DNA from: Dehalococcoidia bacterium
GTDB lineage: Bacteria; Chloroflexota; Dehalococcoidia; SM23-28-2; WHTN01
Direction of reading: 5' to 3'
DNA length: 57,503 nucleotides
Assembly (NCBI GenBank): GCA_009377715.1
Contig: WHTN01000006.1
Location: 1-57,503, forward strand
This document shows positions 37,221 to 47,892 of the stretch, piece after piece. The position numbers and the translations under genes were made by a program. The notes below the pieces were generated by a model. That model had not been told where the DNA came from. It did not search any database and worked only from the letters and a program-made list of their open reading frames with translations. Numbering within the stretch: position 1 is the first letter of the stretch; each line of letters starts with the position of its first letter.

Positions 37221-38070
37221 TTAAATCGGCCCGCTGAACGTATCGCACGCGTCCAGATCGCCAGCCTGGTAACCGGTGGTGAACCAGCGCTGACGCTGCT
37301 CTGAGGAGCCATGCGTCCAGGACTCTGGGTTCACCCGCCCTTGCACCTGCTCCTGAATTCGGTCATCGCCGACCGCCGCCGCCGCGCTCAACGCCTCGGC
37401 GATATCAGTATCCGTCAGCGTGACGATGAAGCTTGTAGCGACTGCGTTGCTCGCCCAGACGCCGGCTAGGCAATCTGCCTGCAACTCCGAACGGACGGCC
37501 GCGCCTTGCGGCCCTTCTCGGTCGCCGCTTACCTGCTCAAGGATGCCTAATTGGTGCTGGACGTGATGCCCGTATTCGTGGGCCATTACGTAGGCTTGCG
37601 CGAACGGGCCGCCGCTCGCTCCGAACCGTGTCAGCAACTCATTGAAGAACTCTAGATCGATGTAGACCTGCTGGTCTCCGGGGCAGTAGAAAGGCCCCAC
37701 CTGAGAAGAAGCCGCGCCACACGCGGTTTGCGTGCCGCCCGTGAAGAACCGAGTCCGCGCCAGGTTGTAGTTCCAGCCGCGGCTGCTGAACTCTTCGTCC
37801 CAATAGCTCTGGATGCTGTTCACGAACGCTACGATGCGGCAGTCCTCGCGGGCGTTAGCATCCGCACCGGTGCGGCAGACCTCGGCCAGACTCGTGTCTT
37901 CGGCGCCATCGCCTGTCGTCTGACCCTGGAGTTCCTCCAGTGTGCCGGTAAACCCACCCCCCGCCTGTAATCGCAGACGGATCGACGCCGAGCAAGACGC
38001 TGATAAGAACGACCAACAGCCCGATACCACCGCCCAGCGTCCCGACACGCGCGCCAGCCCTTCGCTTGCT
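37221..38070 (-). pseudogene. Neutral zinc metallopeptidase (YpfJ-like), 5' end missing and frameshifted
   Basis: [59 protein letters not shown]; the N-terminal [19 protein letters not shown] helix is in another frame. Confidence 0.8.
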
Positions 38071-38395
38071 TCTGTGGGAGCGAAGAAGCGAACGCGAAGC
38101 CCTCCTCCACCCATCCTGACAGCGCCTGATCTGCATCATAGCCCACCGGTCCGACGAAAACCATGCCCTTCGGCGGGCGGCCCGTGAAGTCCATCGGCCG
38201 CGCGCCTGGCTTTTCAAGCGCCGGCTTGTGGCCATCCGGGCCGACGCGCACCATCAGGTCATCGTGAGCGATACCGCAAAACATATTGTCGTTGATCATG
38301 AACGCCAGGCCACCGAACATCCTTATTTCGCTGATCCCTTCTCTGGCGTTCAGCACCTGCCGAACTCTGTCGGCTAGCGTTTCATTGTAGGGCAT
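38060..38395 (-). CDS. TfoX/Sxy N-terminal domain protein (natural stop apparently lost)
   Basis: [12 protein letters not shown]...[18 protein letters not shown]...LMVRVGPD...[14 protein letters not shown]...FASSLP. Confidence 0.8.
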
Positions 38396-38454
38396 CGGCT
38401 CATCCTAGCTCTCGTGGAACTAGACAGCAGACCAGAGCTTCCTCGCCGTAACGG

Positions 38455-38868
38455 TTAGCTTGGCGTTACTACCGCGGTACAGAATGCACACCGCCTAGCT
38501 TCGACCGGTATCTCGCTGAGGCACTCCGGACATTTGCGAACGCTAGGATCGAGCGGCGGCTCACTTCGCTGCCGGCTGATAAGCATGTTGACAGGCTTGA
38601 TGACAAAGAAGAATATAACCGCCGCGATCACTATGAAGGCGATTAGGCTATTTATAAAATCACCGTATCGGAACGTGCTGTCGTTAATGGTGAAATCAAG
38701 GGCGGAGAAGTCCGGCTGGCCTCCGATAGCAGCGATCAGTGGCGTGACAAGGTCCTCTACGAACGCTGTCACCAAAGCAGCGAAGGCGATGCCAATAACA
38801 ATGCCAACCGCTATCTCTACCAGGTTCCCGCGGATCAGGAACTCCTTGAACTCATCGAGTAATCTCAT
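38455..38868 (-). CDS. mscL: Large-conductance mechanosensitive channel with a C-terminal CxxC-CxxC extension
   Basis: EFKEFLIRGNLVEIAVGIVIG, YGDFINSLIAFIVIAAVIFFFVIKPVN; tail CPECLSEIPVEARRCAFC. Confidence 0.93.
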   Translation of the reverse strand: MRLLDEFKEFLIRGNLVEIAVGIVIGIAFAALVTAFVEDLVTPLIAAIGGQPDFSALDFTINDSTFRYGDFINSLIAFIVIAAVIFFFVIKPVNMLISRQRSEPPLDPSVRKCPECLSEIPVEARRCAFCTAVVTPS

Positions 38869-38897
38869 GTTCCCCTCCTATCGAAATCGAGCCGCTA

Positions 38898-41166
38898 CTA
38901 ATAGATCCAAACGATGCCGTATTTGATGATCGACACGTCACCGCGCGTCGGCCTCACCGATCTGCTCTCGAACCGAGAAGGGTCGACCCGCCCGAGCTCG
39001 TACAGTTCAGTCTCTAGCGCAGCGACCTCGCTACGGAGCTGTTCAGCGCGAGCGCGCTCTTTCGATTCTGAACGCCGTCTGCTTAGGACCGAACCCATGC
39101 CTCGAATGGAGCGCCTCCTTCCTGTGAGGATGCCTATGTTGTCCAGGATCGACGTGCCTATCGAAGCCCATTTCTCCACGTCGTGGGAGCTCAGTTCAGA
39201 TTCCTTAGCAGCTAGAGCTGCCCGTTTCTGCTCGATCTTTGTCTCCAGTCGTCGACGGGCGTTCTGGATGGCAGTCGCGTTCTGCGCACGGATGGCGAAA
39301 TCTTCGGCGCTTTCCCCCGGGCGGGACGCCAACTTAGTCTCGCCGTCGTAAAGAACGTCGATCGCTAAGCGATCGTCCAGTCGCTCTTTGAGGGCGCGCT
39401 CAAGGGCCTTTGGGCCGTCAACGCTTAGGTACGCTGGGAGATCTTCGTAAGTTAGGCTAGCAGGCGGCCCCTCTGCGAGTTTCGATTCGTCGATGCGGAC
39501 GATGTCCGACTCCAAGGTCTCCATCGGCCCCAGATCGCCGTCGAGCTTAAACGCCAGCGTTTGGCTCGACTCATCGGTGGTAGAGCCGCCGATCTTATAA
39601 CGGACGGCAGCCCTAACGTAGACGTGCGGCACTGCGATCTGTCCTCCGTCGCGATTGAGGTAGCGCGCCTCCAGGGAGGCGGGGAAGCACGGGCGGGGCC
39701 GATGGTGAAGGTTCAGGGCCACGCTCCGGAGAGATGCCACTCGCCTTAGTGGCTGCGTCTGTGGCCGGGCTCGCGGCCTTAGTATCGGAGCGCTCTTCCT
39801 GAGGAAGCAGTTCGATCTCTTGTCGGGTGATCGGGCCGCGTAGGTACGACAACGCCCAGCGCGTATGCACAAGCGACGGCGCCTTGCGGTGGATATCGTG
39901 GATCAGGAACACGCGCTTGCGGACGCCGGCGATGAGAGAATCAAAATCTTTGCCGAACGCGCTATCTGCCAGCGCCGCTTCGATGCCGGTGCGAATACGC
40001 TCCTGGTCTTGCGTCGTCTGAAGGCGGCCGATGGCCCAGAACCCCATGTTGGCGAGACCGCGATAATCCAGATCAACCGGATTCTGAGTCGAAAGCAACA
40101 CGCCTAGGCCGTGGGCGCGCGCTTGCTTGAGTAGCGTGAGGAGCGGCTTCTTCGTCGGCGGGTTGGCGGTGGGAGGAAAATAGCCGAATATCTCGTCCAT
40201 GTACAGAAGGCACCGCAACTGGCCCGTCCCGGGCTGCTGGCGGACCCAGCTGACGATCTTGTTGAGGATCAGCGCGGTGACAAAGACCCGCTGCTCTTCT
40301 TCCAGATGCGCCGTATATACGATATTCGCTCGCGGACGCCCATCGGCTGTCCGCAGCCAGGCGTCTATATCAACCGGTTCGCCCTGGCGCCAGGCCTCCA
40401 TCGGAGGAGAAGCGAGAAGGCCATTGAGGGCCAGCATCAGGCGATTTCGCTCCGCTGGTGGATAGACGACATCGAGCGGCAAAGCGCCCAGTTTGTCGAT
40501 CGGCGGATTCGCTATGTGACCGATCAGGCTTTCAAGACTGAGGGAGTCGCCTCCACGCCATACCCTTTCGATGAGCGTGAACAGGAAGATATATTCGTGG
40601 CTCTCAACCGGGTCCGCCGAAATTCCGACCAGCCCCAGCAAAGCTGTCACTACAGCGTCAATCTGATCGCGGAACTCCTCTTCATCTTCTACGCTCTCTT
40701 GGCTGGGAGGGTCTAACCGTTCGATGAGGTTAAGTGGTATGCCGGAAAAAGAACCCGGCGTTATCACGCGGATACCACGGCTGGCCGCATAGCGCGCGAC
40801 GTCGGCGGCGCCAAGCCCCCAGTCGGCGAGGCCTTCGCTCCAGGCCTTGGCCGTCGCAGTTGCGGCCTCGTCCACATCTGTGCCTGCACTTGCAGGATCG
40901 ATCCAGGGCTTGAATTCGTTGGCCGTCAAGCCGCTGAAAGCGAGCGCTAGGTTGCCCATGTCGCCCTTGGGATCGATTACGATCACGGGGATGCCCAGCT
41001 GGAGGGCCTCTTCGATAAGGACGACGGACAGGCCAGTCTTTCCCGACCCGGTCATCCCTATGACGATGCCGTGGGTAGTCAGGTCTTCGGGGTCGAGCCT
41101 AAACCCTTCCCCCAACTCTTCAGAGGCTGGATCGAAGATTTTCCCTAAGTAAAGACCCTCCGGCAT
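38898..41166 (-). CDS. HerA/FtsK-superfamily P-loop ATPase (DUF87-like) with a C-terminal coiled coil; frameshift near 39690
   Basis: DLTTHGIVIGMTGSGKT, IDPKGD, LYMDEIFGYFPP, LKQARAHG, STQNPVDLDY; continues in ORF 38898-39872. Confidence 0.8.
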
Positions 41167-41203
41167 GCAACCTCCTCAGGAAACTGTCCAGACTTGCAAG
41201 GTT

Positions 41204-41608
41204 TTAGTGAGTGACCATTTGAGGCATGGTTTTAGCTTCTGTGACCCACTTCTCCACTTCTGCCGCAGTAGGAGTACGCCGGACAAGCTTCTTCGCTTCA
41301 TTGACTTCAGCCATCTTTTCGTACAGGTTCGCCGGGTTACGTGCCCCTAGTTCCTTGACGGTGTCTACTCCGCTGGCTTCCAGAAGATCGGAATATTCCG
41401 AACCAACACCGTTTATTCGCATTAGATCAGCGCGGTTTACCCATTCCAAAAGGTGTGAAGCATCGATCCCCGTCTTTTCGACTAGATTATTCCGCCCAGA
41501 AGCGGAGCCGGCTTCCTTAAGTAGCGCATCGGTCGTTCGCAAACCAGCGTCAGCCAGCTTGCCAGCGTAAGCCGGCCCGATGCCTTCTATATCGATAAGA
41601 TTTGCCAT
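41204..41608 (-). CDS. DUF4332 family helix-hairpin-helix protein
   Basis: IEGIGPAYAGKL, WVNRADLMRINGVGSEYSDLLEASGVDTVKEL. Confidence 0.85.
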   Translation of the reverse strand: MANLIDIEGIGPAYAGKLADAGLRTTDALLKEAGSASGRNNLVEKTGIDASHLLEWVNRADLMRINGVGSEYSDLLEASGVDTVKELGARNPANLYEKMAEVNEAKKLVRRTPTAAEVEKWVTEAKTMPQMVTH

Positions 41609-41752
41609 GTTTTTAGCTCCTTTCGTGAGTTCCGCTCACTAGGCGGAATCATAGTAAACAGCTTGGTCTATGGTGTCAACACATAAACATATAATATTTT
41701 CTGCTGACGCCATATAGCGTTATTAGTTCGCGGCTATCTGGAAGTGTTAAGT

Positions 41753-42102
41753 TTATTGCTCTACGCGACCGTTAGGCGTTAGCTGATCGACGATCTTGGG
41801 GAGCCATTCTGATATCTGATTTGCCGCCTGATCCGCGTTGATCCCTAGCTTCCCAGCTACCTCTGCGATTTTTTCGTTCCCCATGACTTGCTGAATTTGA
41901 GACGCGGAGACCGGAAGGTTCTCACCTTTACTGATCCAAGACTGGATCAGTCTCCAGCTCCTCCGGACGTGAATTGAGAGAGAAGATTCTCAATGCCACT
42001 ACCCCCATCCTTACCCGTGAGGAGACTGAGAAGCTGTGGCGGTCCCTCGCCCTCTCCCTTCTCACCGCTCGCGCTCTTGATAAGTTTTTTGATCAGGTTC
42101 AT
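41753..42102 (-). CDS. YidB/DUF937-like protein (one frameshift near 41950; absent from the ORF track)
   Basis: Manual translation MNLIKKLI...LLSQFTSGGAGD / LIQSWISKGENLPVSASQIQQVMG...WLPKIVDQLTPNGRVEQ*; span is 350 nt, one base short of a whole number of codons. Confidence 0.75.
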
Positions 42103-42145
42103 ATTACCTCCGAATACATTATTTCATGATGGTTTAGAGCTTAGC

Positions 42146-42180
42146 ACAAAGGCACCGGATCAAAAATCCGGTGCCTTTGT
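42146..42180. terminator. Rho-independent terminator after RHO copy 4
   Basis: Perfect hairpin ACAAAGGCACCGGAT-CAAAA-ATCCGGTGCCTTTGT. Confidence 0.85.
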
Positions 42181-42210
42181 AGCAGTCTACTATGTCTCTT
42201 TGCGATCGGT

Positions 42211-43521
42211 TTAGTGACCGTCGCGCTGCCGGCGGATCTCGTCCCAACTATCGCCAGTCATGAGATCGGCCCACATCTTGTACAGGGCGCGCTGGTTATG
42301 TTCGCTAGGCGCAGGGCCAAGAGAACCAGGATATTCCTCGCTGACGCGCTCCCGTCCCAGGCCGATCTGGTAGTTCAGAGGATAGTTCCGGGCCATGACG
42401 CCCTTGCTGGACTCCGTGCACATGCCCCAGTTCTCGCCGTCGTCCTGCTCGAACGCAGAGGATGGGCCGGCTTGCTGGCGCTCTGTGGCCAGGCGAGTAA
42501 AGTCTTTCATAAATTGCGGCGCCTTCTTATCTACGAAGACCCATGACCACGTCTCGATCTTATCGGGACCGCGCGGGTGCCAGACCCTTATCGTGCGGTT
42601 GCCTTCGCTGCCGCTGAACAGCGACATGTTTGGGAAGATGTTGCCGTTACCCACAGCGACCTTAGTCCGGCTTTCGCCCAGCCGCTCCTCCTGCTCGCCC
42701 CTGACCTCCTTCATATAGTTCAGGTATTCAGGGTCGTTCGCGAAGCGCTCCACGTCGAGTTGAGTCGTGAAGACGGCATATCCGTGGCCATAGCCGGCCG
42801 CCGCTGCGAACCCATTCGAGATGTTCTGCGGACGCAGCCGGCGATTTTCTCCGGCGAATCCCGCCTTGACGGCGGAGATGTGGGTGACCGGCACGTGGTA
42901 GCCGTCGCCGGCGAAGTTGTCTGACGCGAACTTCCAGTTGGACGGCATAATCCACTTGTGGACGCCGCCGATGATCTCGACTCCGCCCTCGCGGCGGTCG
43001 AACGCTATGTCCAGGTAAAAGGCGAAGTCGCCGAGATACTCTTGCAGCGAGGGCGCCTCCAGGTCGAACGTGCCGAAGATCAAACCTCGGTACGAATCGA
43101 CCTGTGCCACCGGCACCAAGCCCCACTGCTCCATGTCGAGTTCTTCATAGTAGTATTCTTTGTAGCCCGGAACGCCGACGAGTTTGCCGTCATTGCCGTA
43201 CGTCCAGCCGTGGTACGTACAGGTGAAGGCGGCAGCGTTGCCTTCGTCGGCGCGGCAGACGCGCATGCCGCGATGGCGGCAGGTGTTCAAGAACGCGCCG
43301 ATCTTGCCGCGCGAGTCTCGCACTACCAGCACCGGGTCTTCGCCTATGTAGGCCGAAACGAAGTCACCGGGGTTGGGTATCTGCGTCTCATGCGCCAAGT
43401 AGCACCAAGCGCGAGCGAAAACGCGCTCCAACTCCAGTGCGTAGACGTCGCGATCGACGTAAACACGGCGATCGATCAGTCCTCTCTCCATATCGACGAG
43501 ACGATTTATGTCGGTGATCAT
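42211..43521 (-). CDS. Rieske ring-hydroxylating oxygenase alpha subunit (copy 4)
   Basis: CRHRG...CTYHGW, DGYHVPVTH, EQDDGENW. Confidence 0.95.
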   Translation of the reverse strand: MITDINRLVDMERGLIDRRVYVDRDVYALELERVFARAWCYLAHETQIPNPGDFVSAYIGEDPVLVVRDSRGKIGAFLNTCRHRGMRVCRADEGNAAAFTCTYHGWTYGNDGKLVGVPGYKEYYYEELDMEQWGLVPVAQVDSYRGLIFGTFDLEAPSLQEYLGDFAFYLDIAFDRREGGVEIIGGVHKWIMPSNWKFASDNFAGDGYHVPVTHISAVKAGFAGENRRLRPQNISNGFAAAAGYGHGYAVFTTQLDVERFANDPEYLNYMKEVRGEQEERLGESRTKVAVGNGNIFPNMSLFSGSEGNRTIRVWHPRGPDKIETWSWVFVDKKAPQFMKDFTRLATERQQAGPSSAFEQDDGENWGMCTESSKGVMARNYPLNYQIGLGRERVSEEYPGSLGPAPSEHNQRALYKMWADLMTGDSWDEIRRQRDGH

Positions 43522-43603
43522 CGGAAGCCTCCTTACTTAGGATTACTGCCTAAAGCTTAGCATAAAAAGACGCCATACTGTAGTCCAGGTCTTCCATTCG
43601 TGC

Positions 43604-44899
43604 TTATCGGCCGGCACTGCCAGAGGTACGTATGTCATCCCAGCTTTCGGCCGCCATTAGCTCGGCCCAGCGACTGTATAGGTTCCGCTGCCTCACCTCG
43701 CTAGGACTTTCGCAGGTGAGGCCGGGTACGTTCTCGTCGTACCGTTCGTGGCCTAGGCCCATCGAGTAGTTAAACTCTTGGCGCCTACTGATACGGCCGT
43801 TGCTGGCGTAAGTGCACTGGTTCCAGTTTTCGCCGTCGTCTTGCTCGAAAGCACCGCCCGGGCCGAAGCGGCGGGAGTGAAAAAGCTGCATCTCCCGCTT
43901 AAGATGTTCCGGCGCAGCCTTATCTACGAAGCACCACGACCAAACCTCGGTCTTCTGCGGGCCGCGCGGGTGCCACACACGCATCGTGAAGAACTCGAAC
44001 GAAAGGTTCGGGAAACACGTACCCACGATCGGTTCGATCAGATGCGTTCGCGGGCCTAGATGCTGCTCCATCTCACCTACCAGCGTTTGGTGATAATACT
44101 CGTTAATTTGCGGCCACTCATCGACTGGCCAGGTCGCATCCGGATTAAATCCGGGACGCGTAATCACGCCGTGACCGCCCTGCGGGCTAACGTGGAGGCC
44201 GCGCGTCCGTTGCTGAACGGAGATCCGGTTGGAAGTGAAGCCCATCTTTGTCGCGGAAATATGCGTGATCGGCACGTGGTAGCCGTCGCCGGCGAAGTTG
44301 TCCGCCGCAAACTTCCAATTGCAGGGCATGATCCACTTGTTCACGCCGCCGACGACCTCAGAGCCCTCCGGCCGGCGATGGACGAGAAAGTCGAGGTAGT
44401 ACGCCATATCGCCGAGGTATTCGAGCAGCGGCGGCGCGCTGGAGTCAAAGGTGCCGAAGATCATCCCGGCGTATGAGTCGACCTGCGCTACGGGCACCAA
44501 TCCCCACTGCTCCATGTCCAACTCTTCGTAGTAGTACTCTTTGTAACCCGGGACGCCTACCAGCTTACCGTCATTACCGTACGTCCAGCCGTGATAGGTG
44601 CAAGTGAACGCAGCCGCGTTGCCAGCGTCCGCGCGGCAGACGCGCATGCCGCGGTGGCGACACGTATTTAGGAAGGCGTTGATCTTGCCACGCGAGTCGC
44701 GGACTACCAGCACCGGGTCTTCGCCCATGTAAGCAGCGACGAAGTCGCCGGGATTGGGCAGTTGGGTCTCGTGGGCTAAGAACAACCATGAGCGGGCGAA
44801 AATACGCTCCAACTCCATTTCGTAGACTTCCTGATCGACGAATATTTGCCGGCTGACCAGGCCAGTCTCGCGGCTAACTAGGTCTTTAACGTCCAGCAT
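43604..44899 (-). CDS. Rieske ring-hydroxylating oxygenase alpha subunit (copy 5)
   Basis: CRHRG...CTYHGW, DGYHVPITH, EQDDGENW. Confidence 0.95.
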   Translation of the reverse strand: MLDVKDLVSRETGLVSRQIFVDQEVYEMELERIFARSWLFLAHETQLPNPGDFVAAYMGEDPVLVVRDSRGKINAFLNTCRHRGMRVCRADAGNAAAFTCTYHGWTYGNDGKLVGVPGYKEYYYEELDMEQWGLVPVAQVDSYAGMIFGTFDSSAPPLLEYLGDMAYYLDFLVHRRPEGSEVVGGVNKWIMPCNWKFAADNFAGDGYHVPITHISATKMGFTSNRISVQQRTRGLHVSPQGGHGVITRPGFNPDATWPVDEWPQINEYYHQTLVGEMEQHLGPRTHLIEPIVGTCFPNLSFEFFTMRVWHPRGPQKTEVWSWCFVDKAAPEHLKREMQLFHSRRFGPGGAFEQDDGENWNQCTYASNGRISRRQEFNYSMGLGHERYDENVPGLTCESPSEVRQRNLYSRWAELMAAESWDDIRTSGSAGR

Positions 44900-45047
44900 A
44901 ACCGTCTCCTTTACTAGAGGTAACTTATTTTAATGCCTCTTTGCTCATTTTGCCAGAAGTATTCCTCGATGACGCCTAGGAAGGCCATAAAGAAGAGCGA
45001 CGAGGATATATCCTCGTCGCTCTTCTTTATGCGATAGCCCAAGCTCC

Positions 45048-46735
45048 TCAGGCGGCGAACCAAGCCTCCGCGTAGCGATGTGGCTCGTTCGGATCGTTCT
45101 GGTAACCACGAAGCTTCGGCTGGATAGCTTCAGTATTCGTCCTGGAGTAAATCGGAACGACGATCGCCGTCTCCAAGACCTTCCTCTGCACATCCTCAAG
45201 AATAGCCTCGCGTTCCTCGGCGTCCAAAGTGGTAGCCTGCCTGTCAATTAAGCTATCGAGCTGCGTGTCCGCCAGCTGCTTGTATGGGGCGGCGAAGCGG
45301 CCCGAGGAGTGATAGAAGATAAGCAGTTCGCCGTTAGTACCGCTGAAAGTGGGCTTATTGCAAATGCAGAACTCAGTTGTGGCGTTCAGCCAGATCTTGT
45401 CCGTGATCTCGACCTTGTCTACCTTGTGCACGGTGGCGTCGATGCCTATCTGCTTGAGAGTAGATATGTACACTTCGGTGGTTGGGTCGGTGGAGTCGGC
45501 GGTCGGAATACCGGAGTCCAGGACCGGCTTCCAGCTGACGGGGTCGAATCCGGCAGCCTGGAATAGCTGTCTGGCTTCCTGGACGTTGTAACTGACGTAC
45601 TTATTCATTTCGTCGGGTGACAGATGCCAGTCGAGGGAGGGCAGGAAGATGCCCGTGCTTTCCCAACCAGCGCCGAAAAGAACGTCGCGAATCAGGGCTT
45701 AGGCGGTCGAACAGCTTGCCGAGGGCCTGACGCACGCGTGCATCCCGTGTGGGACCGGTGGCAGGCGACATCCAGAGTCTGTCACCGCTAGCCGCTCCCA
45801 TTAATTTGCCTTCCACAATCTGCATATCGGGCACGCCCTGCCTGAGCAGACGGGTGATCTGGTCGTTGGTGCGGTTGTTGAGGACCTGGCCGGTACGGAA
45901 AGCCGCCTGGCCCGTCTGAAGGTCAGTAATCGTGAGCATCTGCCACTCATCGGCGTAGGGCATGGGACTCAAGACATACTCTGGGTTCCTCTTTAACGTC
46001 GTAACCTGTTCTGGCACCCACTCTTCGAATATCCATGGGCCGGTGCCGATCAGCGGCCCGTCCTTAAGGTCACCGCCCGCAGCCTCCACGGCTTCGCGTG
46101 GCATTATCTCCGATCGCGGGTCATGGATCGCCCACAGGAAGTCAGCGTTTGGCTGCTTGAGCGTGATCCTCACGGTATAGTCGTCAGGAGCTTCCATTCT
46201 ATCTACGGAGGCCAGCACAGAGCCGTTTACCTTCTCGTCGATCATGCGCTGAAGGCTGTAGACTACATCGCTGGACTTTAGTTCGCGACCGTTGACCGGC
46301 GCGATGTTGTGGAATTTAACTCCCTTGCGCAGGTTGAATACGTAGGTAGTAGCGTCGGGGATCTGGTGACTCTCGGCCAGTTCAGGCGCGAAATCGATCG
46401 TGTTCGGATACTTGGTCATGTCGTGCCGGAGCATCTTGTTATAGACGGCGCCTGAGCGGAACATAGTAGTGTGCCCGATCTTGTGGATGTCGAGCGTAGG
46501 CGCCGCTTCCGAGCTCTGGCTTACGTAAACGTGCGTTCCGCCCCGTTGGGGCGTATCGCTCGCCGCACCACCACTACCCGTCGGCTGTGAGATCGAACCG
46601 CTCTCCTCCTCGCCACAGCCGATAACGGCTGCTGCCGCCAGTCCCGCGCTTCCTAACGCTGCCCCCTGCAGCACGCGACGACGACTCACTCTCTTTTTGC
46701 CAGAAGTTCTGCCAGTAGGTTTTTTCGTTACTCAC
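45048..46735 (-). CDS. Tat-lipoprotein family-5 solute-binding protein (copy 2; frameshifts near 46695 and 45700)
   Basis: GTG 46735 after AAAGGAG gives VSNEKTYWQNFWQK / RVSRRRVLQGA...VIGC; ORFs 45601-46689 and 45048-45608 align end to end with copy 1. Confidence 0.85.
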
Positions 46736-46880
46736 GGAAAACGTGGCTCCTTTCTATGGTTCCTATGCCTCGCTTTTATGTGCAAGGCTGTGTGAGCAAG
46801 TTATACACTTCTCAAGATTTAGTGTCAATATTGGCTTTATTAATGAAATGAGGCGGAGCGATAGACGGCAGACCCTTAGA

Positions 46881-47885
46881 TCATTGGTACGAATAAGCCA
46901 GATGCCCAACCTCAGAAAGAGCACGAAAGACATCTGGGCCCAACGGGCCATCATTCGCCCAACGTACGCCCTCTTCCAACTGCTTAGTGTCCGAAAAGCC
47001 GATAAGCACGGTAGATACTTCTGGCTTGCTCAAAGCGAAACGCACAGCCAGTTCGGCGGTGCTCCGTAAGCCCGCACGCTCGATTACCTGCATCAATTCA
47101 CGTGTATCGGCGAGGTCCGTTTCATAAGTGGTCCCGGGCGTAAGGTAGCCGCTACTGGTCGCGGCGATCGGATGGCGCTCATCGCTGCCGGTAACAGCGC
47201 CGGCCGCCATAATGCGGATCGCCAGAACACCCATGCGCTTGCCCGCCGCTCTATCGATAAGTAGACCGAAGTCTTGCCCCGGGAACCCTTTCTTTACCGG
47301 GTGGCCGGCGCTCGGGTTTATGACGTTGAAATAGGCCTGGACAGTATCGAAGAGGCCGGTGTTCGCCAGCGCCAGCAGCGCCTCCGGATCGCCGAGACCG
47401 GTAAAGCCGAGAAAGCGCGTCAGGCCCGCGTTGCGCACAGCGCGCATCCCTTCAATCACCGGGCCTACCGCATCCTCGATCGATATGGCGCCCTCCGCTT
47501 CATTCTTCCGGAGCGCGACCGGGTTGTGAAGTTGAAGCAGGTCGACCCAATCACGCCCGAGTCGCGAGAGGCTCCCTTCGACGGAGCGCCGGACGGCTGC
47601 AACCGGATCGGCCATGTCGTCCGGCGTCAGACGCACTTTCGTGCCGATGGTGGCGACCAAGTTGGCATCCAGTTCAGCGAGTACGCGCCCCAGGTTGGTC
47701 TCCGAAAGGCCGTTGCCGTACATCGGCGCTGTATCGAAGTAGGTGACGCCCAGTTCGATGGCTCGTTCGACGGCGCGGACCTGTTCGGCAGGTTCGCCGC
47801 GCACCATAAGGCCACCCTGACCACCGCAGCCGAAGCCGATCAGCGATACCTCTATGCCCGTCCGTCCTAAAGTGCGGTATTCCAT
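46881..47885 (-). CDS. Aldo/keto reductase
   Basis: MEYRTLGRTGIEVSLIGFG, FDTAPMYGNGLSE, TKV, SLSRLGRDWVDLLQLH (D-Y-K-H tetrad). Confidence 0.92.
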   Translation of the reverse strand: MEYRTLGRTGIEVSLIGFGCGGQGGLMVRGEPAEQVRAVERAIELGVTYFDTAPMYGNGLSETNLGRVLAELDANLVATIGTKVRLTPDDMADPVAAVRRSVEGSLSRLGRDWVDLLQLHNPVALRKNEAEGAISIEDAVGPVIEGMRAVRNAGLTRFLGFTGLGDPEALLALANTGLFDTVQAYFNVINPSAGHPVKKGFPGQDFGLLIDRAAGKRMGVLAIRIMAAGAVTGSDERHPIAATSSGYLTPGTTYETDLADTRELMQVIERAGLRSTAELAVRFALSKPEVSTVLIGFSDTKQLEEGVRWANDGPLGPDVFRALSEVGHLAYSYQ

Positions 47886-47892
47886 CTTGGCC

